A stretch of DNA of 63,178 nt, filler included, from Lenisia limosa (Eukaryota > Protista > Breviatea), in NCBI GenBank assembly GCA_001655205.1. It is 13 parts of 13 records of this genome, joined end to end, with 100 filler letters (N's around TTAATTAATTAA, not from the genome) between each part and the next. Parts side by side here need not be neighbours in the genome. Positions count along the whole stretch, not along the records: positions 24,366 to 26,794 come from LPNZ01008352.1; positions 26,895 to 32,914 come from LPNZ01004232.1; positions 33,015 to 34,101 come from LPNZ01003857.1; positions 34,202 to 36,657 come from LPNZ01009862.1; 9 more parts are not named here. One strand, written 5' to 3'. A program made the translations under genes and the position numbers. How positions within the stretch are numbered: position 1 is the first letter of the stretch; each line of letters opens with the position of its first letter. The notes beneath the pieces are model-generated. The model saw nothing but the letters and a program-made list of their open reading frames with translations, did no database searches and was not told the origin of the DNA. Below are positions 24,366 to 36,033 of this stretch, in pieces.

Positions 24366-26794
24366 AACCAATCTTCTGGTACGATGGAATTAATAATATC
24401 TCTCAGGGATCCCCCTTCCCACAATCATATAATCATATGATATATTAGTGACGGGGATGCGGTGCTGCAGAAGCGACTGGTCTGGTCTTTGATTGTTCTG
24501 TTTTTACAACCCTTGTGTGCTTGGACTTATATGCTTCATATATTTGCCAATTTTACTCCCCCCAGGTATCCGGACTTGTCGGTAACAACGGCCCGACCTC
24601 TTCCGACGTTACTTCCGTCATCACCATCCCGACCGGTGTGGGTATTGCCACCCTCTCAGATGGCGCTGTGCGTCACGTGACCAACTGCCCTGTGGATGTA
24701 GGGGGAGAGGTATTATTTTTAGGTGTTCCATTTGGTTTGGAAAAAGACTGAATTTCTCAATAAATTCTCAAAAACTGTAGATATTCCCTAATTATTTTGA
24801 GTATTGTGTCTATTTATGTATGAGCGTGATGGTGGACGGCTTCGGCCAGATACAATCTTATTTTTTATTTCTCATTGCAATATATAAATGTCTCAAGTAG
24901 TTATTCGATGAAGGGATTGCTTTCTATTGTAACTCATTGCACAGTCCTCCGAAGTTTCCCTTGCTGGATGTACTGTTACGTGGGTCACGCCGGGACTAAA
25001 AACCGGACAGGTCTGTGGGTGTGGTGCGTTTTTGGAGGGGAAAACAATTTATCGTAATTCAATAAATTTGAAAATAAACACACACAAAATTGTACCTCCA
25101 TCCCTTCGGTTTCCATTTACCCCACAGGTCACATCAGTATCTGTCGTGTTGGCGGTTCCAACAACTTTCCCCNNNNNNNNNNNNNNNNNNNNNNNNNNNN
25201 NNNNNNNNNNNCGGGCTCGGAAACTGACGAGAGCCTTGGCAACAATAACGCTGCTATTAGTGGTGAGTGGATTATTGAAGAGAGGGGGGTGGTGGGGTTA
25301 TAATCATGATGGTAGTGATGGGTGGTTCAAACAAAAACTGAATTCCTCATAAATCCTCGAAAACTATCGATATTTTATCGGTCTTTTTCGGACCAACGTG
25401 ATGGCCTAGGGGTTACAAATAAAAATATGGGTATTTAAATGTGGTCCTCTCAATATTTAATAATATTAAAACATGGGGATACCAATAGCAAAACATCTTC
25501 ACTTTTTTTGTTTTTTATTTCGGCAGTTGACGTCTTCGTTGGTGCCGATTTCGAAGTCAAACAGTATAATGACGACACCGCTTTGGTTGGTGCTTACATA
25601 ATCAAAGGACATTACGCTTAGGTTCTAGGACCCTGTGCGATTAATTTAGATATGATATATTAAGATGATGGATATGGTATGCAATTGTGATTTTGATGTA
25701 GGGCAATGAGAAGGCCATATCTGACACCCTGCATTGAACCGTCCCTCATATTTTGAATTAACTTACCTGCTTAGATTGGAGACACATTCTCCGTCACTTA
25801 CGTTGTGGAAAGCAAGGGTCCCTCTGATGCTTCCAATACCGGTATTTTGGAGTCGGATACCTGGTTTTTTTTTATTTATTTTTTTGTTTTTAAAAAAAAT
25901 TGGTCTTTTTGTGAATTCTTAAACTACTCAGCTTGGTATTCTTTTGAAATAGTTGGAATTCCCATTATTTACATGGGAATCCTAACCCTACTCTCTCACA
26001 CCAGTCCTTCGGTCAGTTAATTATCCAATATCTCTGAAGTTTACCAATGATACTGTAACCCATCCACGCCCCATCTCACGCAGTAGTTCTGAAGATCAAC
26101 AAGCACAGCGCCCTGACCAAGTTGTTCCATAGTCCCTCCGACTGGATTGTAACAGAAGATGGTGAGAGGGTTATTATTAGAGCTTCACTTCGGGAAATAA
26201 GACTGAATTTCTCGATAAATCTTCGAAATATATCGATATTTTACCAGTCTTTTTCGAACCGAAGTGAAGCCTTATTATTATTACAATTGGAGGGGGGGGG
26301 GGGCNNNNNNNNNNNNNNNNNNNNNNNNNNNNNNNNNNNNNNNNNNNNNNNNNNNNNNNNNNNNNNNNNNNNNNNNNNNNNNNNNNNNNNNNNNNNNNNN
26401 NNNNNNNNNNNNNNNNNNNNNNNTATGTTTTTCAAATGGTCAGAGTTGATTGTTGGTTTTTGTTTTGTTTTGTTTTTTTAGAAATACGTTTCATAATCTT
26501 TCTCTTTTACCCCCTTCCCCCCAGCCACCCATTATTTGGTGACACTTCCTGCTATGGCTGCCTATGACAGATCCATTTTCGCCGTGCAGTTCAGCATCGA
26601 TGCCAACATCACTAACTCGGATATTACGGTACGCTGCACTGGCTTACTATACAATCTTTAAGACAAATGATTGGGTCGCTCATATTTTTATTCGCCATTT
26701 CTACATGTCAATATGTGCAGACTTTCACTAATCTTAAGAGTTGTTTTGGGCTTTTTTGTTTCAAAAATTTTCCAATTTTACCCCCCCCCCCCAG
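24366..26794 (+). CDS. Putative surface/secreted protein with DUF11-like beta-sandwich repeats (partial)
   Basis: Exons VGNNGPTSSDVTSVITIP, ETDESLGNNNAAIS and IGDTFSVTYVVESKGPSDASNT resemble the DUF11 G..tY..vtN.GPs.A and E.d..NN.a motifs. Confidence 0.6.
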
Positions 26795-27959
26795 NNNNNN
26801 NNNNNNNNNNNNNNNNNNNNNNNNNNNNNNNNNNNNNNTTAATTAATTAANNNNNNNNNNNNNNNNNNNNNNNNNNNNNNNNNNNNNNNNNNNNAAGAGG
26901 TCGGGATAGTGGGAAAAGAAGATTTGGTATTATGTTTCGGTGTGGACGGCTTCGGTCGGATATAATCTTGTTTTTTTAGCTGTATATTAGCATGACGGTG
27001 TGGACGGCTTGGGCCGGATGTATATTATATTTGGGGATGGGGATGGGATATTTGGGGTAACACTCAAACACATGAAAGAAGCCTCAAAAACATAAACACT
27101 CAAAAAATCACTTCTTAGATGAGGGCCCGCACTTTTATCCAGACAACATTTTGGGTAGGTTCTTATTAACTCGTTTACTGTGATTGTTATGTCATTTGTG
27201 TTGGTGTTCAAAAGTCCATTATCAGATCACTTATTGGAACATTTTTACACGTGTCATATCTATGGTTTCACTTCGGTTTGAAAAAATCCAGAAAAATATC
27301 GACAGTTTTCAAGGATTTATTGAGAAATTCAGTCTTTTTTCGAACCGAATTGAAACACTAGTCATATCCCCTTGTCTGATAATTTACTGACAAGTCTCAA
27401 TGAAACTTCAATGTAACTTTTATATAATTTGGATAAACCCTCATTTTATCGTCGGTCATCATACGAATATGGTTCACCAGGGCTCACTTCTGTTCGAAAT
27501 TGACCGGTAAAATTTCGATGGTTTTCAAGGATTTATCAAGAATTCAGTCTTTTTTTAGAACCAAAGTGAAGCCGGGCCTGTGGTTAACATATCACCTACC
27601 TACTGAGCTTGTCAGCGAGATCCCTCAAAAAACCCTCCCCAAATCTTTTCACTTTTTTTTATCGTTCTACCAATCCACCCCAAGCAGGAATCTACCGCCA
27701 CCCCCACCAACAGAGTTTTTTGTTTCTAATTTTACACCCCTCTCCCCCTGTCTAACTTATCATCCTATTCCCCATCGTGTCTAACCGGTTTATACCTGTT
27801 TGACACTTTGTGCTATCTCAAGGTTCTATTTCTCTCTTTTGTTTCCAATTTCAACCCCACTCCCAACAATAAAGTATCCGCTGGAGTTTTGTTTGTTTCA
27901 TGATTGTCCTATTTACTATTCTTCATCGACATTTCCTTCGTTTTACCCCCCCCCCCCTA

Positions 27960-30110
27960 GGAGGAAACTACCCATCAAGCCACCAAGCTGCACTTAGCTC
28001 AATTGCTTATCCAGTGGACGCCCAAGGATTCCCCGAATATCAATGGAATGCCCTGGATGATGTGGTGGTATGCTGTGTTTAAATGATTGGGGGAATTAAT
28101 ACTATAATCCTATATTGTCGGACCCCTAGGAAGCATATGGTGGTATGCTACGGTGGTTGAATTAACAATAAAGTGTACACGTAGTAACACCCAATCCCTT
28201 GATTTTCATCAAGCTTTTCCTTTTTTTTTTGATCATCATCTTACCTTAGGAATCCCTTTATCTGACCATCATCTCCTAAGGTTGACCAGAACATTCCCTC
28301 CTATGAAACTGCAGTACAGCCTCCCCCAGCATACACCCAGGTCTGGACGTGGTTATATTGTTCACCAAGATTGTTAGGATCCCTTTTGCAGGTGGTGGTT
28401 GCTCACCCACAAATATATTTTATGAATGCCAACATGGTGTTTAACCTCTCCTACACTTTTGTGGGTGAGCAACCGCTCCCTTTTTTGCAGGCAAGAGAAA
28501 CAAACACCAACTCATGTCAGTGCATCATAATTAGGGCTTCACTTCGGTTCGAAAAAAGACTGAATTTCTCAATAATCCTCGAAAACTATCGATATTTGAC
28601 TGGTCTTTTTCGAACTGAAGTGAAGCCCTAATCATAATATGATAAGTAAGTATATAATATCATACGCATATCAAATGCTACCTCCAATTTCTTGATGTGA
28701 TCGATTCGCCTTGTTGGGATTAAAGTAACTTCAATACATTCATATTTATAGGTTGTTGGTGAAAATGAAGACTCAGCCCCAGCGCCTGAAGGAGATGGTC
28801 AAGAAAATGTGGGGGAAGGACTGGCTTCACTTCGGTTCGAAATTTACCACAGATTTATCTAAAATTCAGTCTTTTTTTCGAACCTCCTTTCACAATTTTT
28901 CGCTTCGTTGTATCTGTGGCATTTTTTCGCATTGTTTTGTTTATTTTGACCATCCAAATCCTTAGACCTGGGAATTATTTTCAAAGATCTGAAAGATCTC
29001 AGCGTAACATTGCTTCCTCTCATCATTATCAGGCAACCTCAAGTGAGCGTTCGAGTCGTCTTTGTGTTATCTGTCTTTCTCAGGATGTAAGCCGTCTTTT
29101 AAGAGATCTTATGCCTTATGCAATGTGCTATAAGGCTTCACTTGGAATGGAAAAAGACTGAATTCTACTGATCTTTTTCGAACCGAAGTGAAGCCTGGTC
29201 CTATATGATACTCTTTTGTGAACTTTAATACACGTTGATATAAGGACACATTTATACACATTTTTTAACTTCTCTACACAATCCAATATATCAACTGGGT
29301 AAATAAGTTTTCCAGTCAGATAATTAAATTGTCAGGGATGGAGGGAATTAGTCTCAGCTTTATAAAAGATTACATAAGTGATCCTTATATTACTCCCTGT
29401 CATTTTGCTTCATTGTTTACAGTACAGTCTCGATTTAAACTAGGATCATAAAGATACACAAACAACACCCACTGAGACAGGCTACATAATACTTAGATGT
29501 ACGTTTTTGGCTTCCCTGCGGTCCATTTATGGAGCAATTCCGTCTTTTATGGGACCACAGTGAAGCCCTACTTGTCGTCATATGAATTTTGATGGCTGCG
29601 GACAGATACTACCAATATTTTTTCTGCCATCTCTTTGGCCACTTATACGTACATCTAAGTATATAGCCTGTCAAGTTCAGTGAGTGTTTGTTTTTGGTAT
29701 CTTGATGATACTAGTTTAAATTGTAAACAATGTAGCTTGGGCTTCCCTACAGTCCGAAAAAAACCGATTAATTATCGACATTTATCCAGGATTTATCGAG
29801 AGATTCGGTCCTTTTTAGGACCGTAGGGAAGCCCTAAATGTAGCAAAATGACAGGGATTCTGATGTATCGTATTTGGGAATTCCGTTTCCCAACTTTGTT
29901 AAAAGTAACCCATGTCATTTTGACTTAGTGTTCAAAGAAATCGCGCCATAGTGTTCACATGAATCCCAAAAACCCAAATCAATACGCCGTAGTTTTGCTC
30001 TCATTAATTTACCATTCCAGTTCAACATGGTCATTCAGCCGTGTATGCATCTCTGTACTTGCTCACAATGTCAGTACTACCTCCAAGAGTGCCCTTTATG
30101 CCGGTAATGG
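27960..30110 (+). CDS. RING-HC finger protein (C3HC4_3 type), probable E3 ligase; start not defined
   Basis: Exons ~29031-29086 and 30021-30104 splice to LCVICLSQD|FNMVIQPCMHLCTCSQCQYYLQECPLCR with canonical RING-HC spacing. Upstream exons include PSYETAVQPPPAY. Confidence 0.75.
28534..28628. mobile_element. MITE family 1 (~95 bp, TA-flanked, Tc1/mariner-type), best copy
   Basis: TA-gggcttcacttcggttcgaaaaa...tttttcgaactgaagtgaagccc-TA. Copies or fragments at ~21060, 23248, 24205, 25335, 26180, 27261, 27480, 28824, 29134, 29505, 29739, 30482, 32220, 43680, 55570 and 57900. Confidence 0.9.
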
Positions 30111-31236
30111 GTTACTGTGCATTTATTTTTTGAAGAACTGTGTGATGTTTGCAAACACGATCTCGTCAAAAACGATTGCAGTAAGTGTTTTACCCACCTC
30201 ATTTGCTTTAAATTATGTTTGGTGTATCAGCTGTACAGTGGTCTGTAATTTCTCATTTAACATAACCTCGGATATATTTGGCTGTGAGTAAGCAGGAAAA
30301 TTTTGGGATGATAATAGTTGAATTTTACAAGTCCGAAAAGGGTTCTTGTTACAACATATCTCACTTCAACCTTTTAACAATTTTCAATTAATTATGTGGA
30401 GTCCAGAACTGTATATCTTGTGAAGAATAATATGAAGCGGGAAAGTGATGACGAGTAGAGCTTCCCCTTCAGTTCCAGATAGGGCTTCACTTCGGCTCAT
30501 TTATCGAAAAATTCAGTCTTATTTCCGAACCGAAGTGAGGCCCTAGTTCCAGAACACAGAATTTCTCGAAGATTCAAGAATTCCGTCACCTTTGCAACCA
30601 AGTAAAGCTCTAGTTGCCAGATACCCCAGACACCCCCCCCCCCTACCAAAGTGATGGGATGCGGGGCTGCAGGAGCGACTGGCCTGGGCAAATTTTGTTT
30701 TGTTGTTTTCAACACTTGTGTGCTATCAGCCAATAGAGTTCATTTTGCGCTTTTTTTTGAATTGTTTCATTTCACTTCAGTTCAAAAAAACTCTGGAAAA
30801 TTTCGATAGTTGTGGAGGTTATATTTTTTAAAAATAAAAACCTAATATATATTTGAAAATTTGCTAATATGTTCAGTGGTCGTGTGGAATCATCAATGGA
30901 AGTGTTTCTACCTTAGTCCTGTAATCTTAAGTTATTAATGTTTCGTATGTTTTGCTTTTGTGATTGTGAATATATTTAAGACGCCTACAACTTTAATGGG
31001 ACTTTTCTATTTTAACTCCCGGAAGTGTATATTGAGGAATCTCGTCGAGGAATCGAAGATGGTGCAAGGCGTAATAATCTTACTATAATATGGATATTAT
31101 ATTTTCTTACAAAAAATATATTTACATCGTGAGCAAAATTACCATTAATTCGAGCTTATCAAACTGAATCTATAGTAGGGTGAAAATTAAAAAAAACAAA
31201 AAAAAGGACAAAACAAAAAAAATTAGCAAAAAAAAT

Positions 31237-31318
31237 CGACTAGTGCAGGATTTGAACCTACGCGGGCAGAACCCAACAGATTTCTAATCTGTCGCCTTAA
31301 CCACTCGGCCAACTAGTC
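31237..31318 (-). tRNA. tRNA-Ser(AGA)
   Basis: Reverse complement GACTAGTTGGCCGAGTGGTTAAGGCG-ACAGA-TTAGAAA-TCTGT-TGGGTTCTGCCCGC-GTAGGTTCAAATCCTGC-ACTAGTCG; 82 nt with a long variable arm. Confidence 0.95.
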
Positions 31319-32132
31319 ACATACAAAATAGCGAATATGATTAACATCCGATACTAGTTTTTATATTGTTTTACTAAATACATTTCTTGTCCAAAACCCC
31401 GCCCCATTGTATTCCTCTCCCTTAGTTAATTGATACATCTTGTTACAAAATTTTTTTTACCCGCCTCCACGGTGACTCACTCAAAATGTTTCGATAAACA
31501 GTCTTCCCCGGTCAAGTCCTTCAACGAAGGGCCCGGCTCGGGGAAGATAATTCTGTTTTCCTTTCCAACATTCAAAAAACCCCCAGATGATATTTAATAT
31601 TGGGAATTTTGTGAATTTTGCAATTTTTGAAATCTTAAAATCTATGTCATTATATGATGTTGAGATATGTACATTAATGTTCTTTTAGCGATCTTGTTCT
31701 TGTTACAATAAATGACGAGGAAATGATTCGGTGAGAGTTTATATAACTGCCTTTTTTATCTCTCTGGAATCCTCTACTCAATCTGCGCGTAAGCATGGGT
31801 GTTTTAAAAAGTATTTTGCTCTTTTAAGGTGGTAATGATGGTAAACACCCCTTCACCATACCATCTCTATCTCATAGTTCATTGTGTTGTCTTCGAAGGC
31901 ATTTTGTTCTCTCATGACCCCCCCAATCCATCTTTTATCCCAGTCCTCCTTTCTACCAATTTGTTCCGACCCCTTTCTCTCCACATGTTAATCCTTGTTT
32001 TGTTTCTCATCTCTATATAAAACGGAGAAGAACGGGGGTTTCCCCTTTGCAAATCTCTCTCTGTTGAGTTGTTGAAGATTTATTGTTTTCAACCCTCATT
32101 TTTTCAAATTGAGTGTTTCTCACCTCAATAGA

Positions 32133-32715
32133 ATGGACCAAGGAGGGGGCGGAATTCCCCTTTTCGAGGCCGCTGAGTTACTGCGGACTGTTGTCAGGTA
32201 TTCTGGGACTGCTGTCAGTGGGGCTAATCTACGGTTAGAGAAAAAGCTGAATTTCTCTATAAATCCTCGAAAATTATCGTTAGATACAACCTATTTTTTA
32301 TTTCTCATTTCCCCTTATCATCAAGAAGTTAATTTTTCCAACTGGTTTGTTGTTTTTTTTTGTTGTTGTTTTCAAGATTCTGGTTTTTTTTGTTTCAGTT
32401 TTTTTTTTTTCTTTTCATTTTATTTCTCTTGTTTTAGCGGTGNNNNNNNNNNNNNNNNNNNNNNNNNNNNNNNNNNNNNNNNNNNNNNNNNNNNNNNNNN
32501 NNNNNNNNNNNNNNNNNNNNNNNNNNNNNNNNNNNNNNNNNNNNNNNNNNNNNNNNNNNNNNNNNNNNNNNNNNNNNNNNNNNNNNNNNNNNNNNNNNNN
32601 NNNNNNNNNNNNNNNNNNNNNNNNNNNNNNNNNNNNNAGCGGGGTCCAAGATAATGATTCTGGGGAGGTGATCGAGGTCGAGCATGTAGAAGTGGCACTT
32701 GCGGGGACAACAACG
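32133..32715 (+). CDS. Hypothetical protein, 5' exons only
   Basis: MDQGGGGIPLFEAAELLRTVVR followed by a GT donor; a later exon reads DNDSGEVIEVEHVEVALAGTT. Interrupted by N gaps. Confidence 0.4.
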
Positions 32716-33279
32716 TATTGTTGCATTGTGCTTAGCAATGGTGTGTTGGTTCTCTATATTGTGACGTTGTACTAGTGATGGTTTGCTTTTTGATATTGTT
32801 TAAACTGAAGAAAATCAAATCCCACGAAGATTTAATCCTAAGAATATCTAATTTTGAGAATCATAGTTTTTTTCGCGTTGGGTTTAGCAAGGGTTTGCAT
32901 GGCGTCTCACAACTNNNNNNNNNNNNNNNNNNNNNNNNNNNNNNNNNNNNNNNNNNNNTTAATTAATTAANNNNNNNNNNNNNNNNNNNNNNNNNNNNNN
33001 NNNNNNNNNNNNNNTAAATCCTTACAGCCACATAACAATCTTCATTTTAAACCATTTTATGGCTCAAACATTCTTAATGATGATGAAAAATGACAAAACA
33101 AGGAGAAGTGGGGTGCGGGTTAGTTGCATTCCACCCTTGGGGAGGGGTGTCGTGGATAATTTCTCTGTTGTGCCTTTCACACTATATAGTGCCTCTTCAT
33201 ATTTTCATACTGTGTAGGGTACCTCCATCATTCTTCCTATTTTCATACTGTAGCGTCTTACCTATTTTCCTCCTGTTGG

Positions 33280-33942
33280 ACTTGGGCTGCGCGTCTCTCC
33301 AGTTCCTCTTCCGATCGGCGAAGAGCCTCAAGCTCAGCCTGAGAGGGGGGGGGGAGTAAAATTGGAAAATTTGTAAAACAACAAAGTCCAGACCAGTCGC
33401 TTCTGTAGCACCGCCAAAAAGACCTCAAGACGAACCTGTTTTGACTGTTCTTCGATTCTTTTCATAGCTTCATTCTGGCGCTGGCGCTCAGCCTCAAGAT
33501 AACGACGTTCGGACTCGATCGCCTCGTTTTGCTTCTGGACCGCTTCGGCTTGAATCGCGTCCTGTCAGGTAATCAGGAGAAAAGGACACAGTATCGAGAG
33601 AAAAATCAATAACCCTTATCAAAATATTACCCCCATTGCAGCCTCCCTAAAACAACAGCCCCACTAAAATCTTAAAAACACTTCTCTTCCACCTGAGGGC
33701 GCCGAGTAGCGTGGGCGAGGAGGCAAGATATTTTGTTTATGGTATCCCTATGTATTTATTTGTTTCCCTAGATTTCTAATATTATTTCTCGTGTTCAAAA
33801 AAAAATTTTCCACCACCCCACCGCACGCCGCCGTTCGTCTTCAAGAACCTGCCTGCGGGCCTCAGCCAGAGCCTCCTGTCGTGACTCTAAGGAGGGCGAG
33901 GCTCGCGATATGGCTTCTTGTTCCATGCGTTGTGCGTGGGCC
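33280..33942 (-). CDS. Coiled-coil protein fragment
   Basis: Exons AHAQRMEQEA..EARRQVLEDERRRA, AVQKQNEAIESERRYLEAERQRQNEAMK and AELEALRRSEEELERRAAQVQ. Confidence 0.55.
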
Positions 33943-34739
33943 TGAAGGGGTAAAACGAAGGAAATTTTGATAAAGAATATTGGCGTCAAGGTACTTATCA
34001 CGAACCGAATAATCTGTAACTGACAAGAAAACAAAAAAACACGCAATAACAAACACTAGCAACCAACGCCAAAACTAGGTCAGATAAAGGGGGGGGGGGG
34101 ANNNNNNNNNNNNNNNNNNNNNNNNNNNNNNNNNNNNNNNNNNNNTTAATTAATTAANNNNNNNNNNNNNNNNNNNNNNNNNNNNNNNNNNNNNNNNNNN
34201 NATGTAGCTCTTTGGCAGCAAGCTCATTATTTGTTTCTTTAATTGGGAGAGGGAAGGGAGGTTGGGGATGGGAAAATTTATGAAACAAAACTCCCATCAA
34301 CTCCGTTGTCTCAACTTTAAACTCCCATCAACTCCGATGTCACAACTTTAAGAAACACCCTGGCTGAAAAACAAAAAAAACACATATTGCCAGGGTAGAC
34401 GGTATGAGGGGGGGACATTGTGTATACAGAGACAGATGGACAGGCAACACTGTAGACCCACATATTTCTGCGTGGGTGTGAGAGTCCTTCGAAGGGTCCN
34501 NNNNNNNNNNNNNNNNNNNNNNNNNNNNNNNNNNNNNNNNNNNNNNNNNNNNNNNNNNNNNNNNNNNNNNNNNNNNNNNNNNNNNNNNNNNNNNNNNNNN
34601 NNNNNNNNNNNNNNNTTTGGTCATAAGACCGAAGTAATAATAAACTATCAGATAGATTCGCATAAGTGCATATCATATGATGATTATGTTCAAAAGTAAA
34701 ATCAAGTCCCTCGAGAATCCTGAATAATCACATCACCAT

Positions 34740-35890
34740 GGTACATGTTTCTACAGTATTCACCATACACTATGGGGAATTGCAACCTACTCTATGTCTA
34801 TAATACTACAGAGAATTCCCTGAATTAGGACTCACAGAACCGCACCCACCTGTATTTCTGGAGAGCAACATAGACCAAAAGAGGCATTCCAGCACCGTAG
34901 GCAAGAAGAGCAAACAGCGCTATCGGCAAATGCGTGTGGATCCACTCTTTGGTGTAGCACTTGGTCGTGGGGTCCTCAGCTAGGTAGTACTCTCCATCAG
35001 GCATGTACTGACAGTCGAAAATCTGGGTAAATTAGATGGGGCACCACATATTGTATATCATTTCATATACACAGTGACCGCGATAAGTCATGACACAATT
35101 GATACAGCTCAATATACGTGTCAGGCCTTATCGAGGTCAATGTACATACTGTACATGCATGAGGATTTATGCAACGTATTTGCTACATTTTCACCCCCCC
35201 CCCTCCCTCCCCATAAAACAGTACGCTTAGAGTTAGCTTTCAACCCCCTCCCCCACTATGTCGATAGTAATACATTTTTAACCCCGTCNNNNNNNNNNNN
35301 NNNNNNNNNNNNNNNNNNNNNNNNNNNNNNNNNNNNNNNNNNNNNNNNNNNNNNNNNNNNNNNNNNNNNNNNNNNNNNNNNNNNNNNNNNNNNNNNNNNN
35401 NNNNNNNNNNNNNNNNNNNNNNNNNNNNNNNNNNNNNNNNNNNNNNNNNNNNNNNNNNNNNNNNNNNNNNNNNNNNNNNNNNNNNNNNNNNNNNNNNNNN
35501 NNNNNNNNNNNNNNNNNNNNNNNNNNNNNNNNNNNNNNNNNNNNNNNNNNNNNNNNNNNNNNNNNNNNNNTGTTTGAAATCGGATACGCATCCCCACAAT
35601 GTCCAAAGATTATGTAGCCTGAAACAAGAGAAACTAACGAAAAATATACAACATTGGACTATTTTGGGCCCATTGTATTCCACTCGAGACAGCACATAAG
35701 CGCCACACACTTGCACAAACAGCCAGGGCATGACCTCGGTCGCATCTCCAACTCGGCGCAACGATGAGTGGCAAACACCAATGAATTTCTCTGCTCCCAC
35801 GAAGAAGAGAATCACGACGTACACCACGAGAAGGAGAATCAGGACCAGGACTATAACATCAGAAAGATATTTGAAATTATTCCATGTCAT
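34740..35890 (-). CDS. Multi-pass membrane protein with a protist-type FxC..YL..D...C motif (partial)
   Basis: IFDCQYMPDGEYYLAEDPTTKCYTKEWIHTHLPIALFALLAYGAGMPLLVYV plus upstream hydrophobic segments. The gene may extend to ~37560. Confidence 0.6.
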
Positions 35891-36033
35891 AGCTTTTCAC
35901 GTTATTAGAGTACATATAGCTACACATATTTATATTCCTGCTGTTGTCTATCACTGTTGTCTATGACATGGAATAGACAACAGCAGGAATATAAATATGT
36001 GTAGCTATATGTACTCTAATAACGTGAAAAGCT
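35891..36033. repeat. Perfect 61-bp inverted repeat with 21-bp spacer
   Basis: 35891-35951 is the exact reverse complement of 35973-36033. Confidence 0.95.

Noticed and set aside
29959-30291. Minus-strand EVGKTLTA as a Walker A of a helicase or transposase relic
   Set aside because: The frame has several stops, and the plus strand here is explained by the RING-finger exon.
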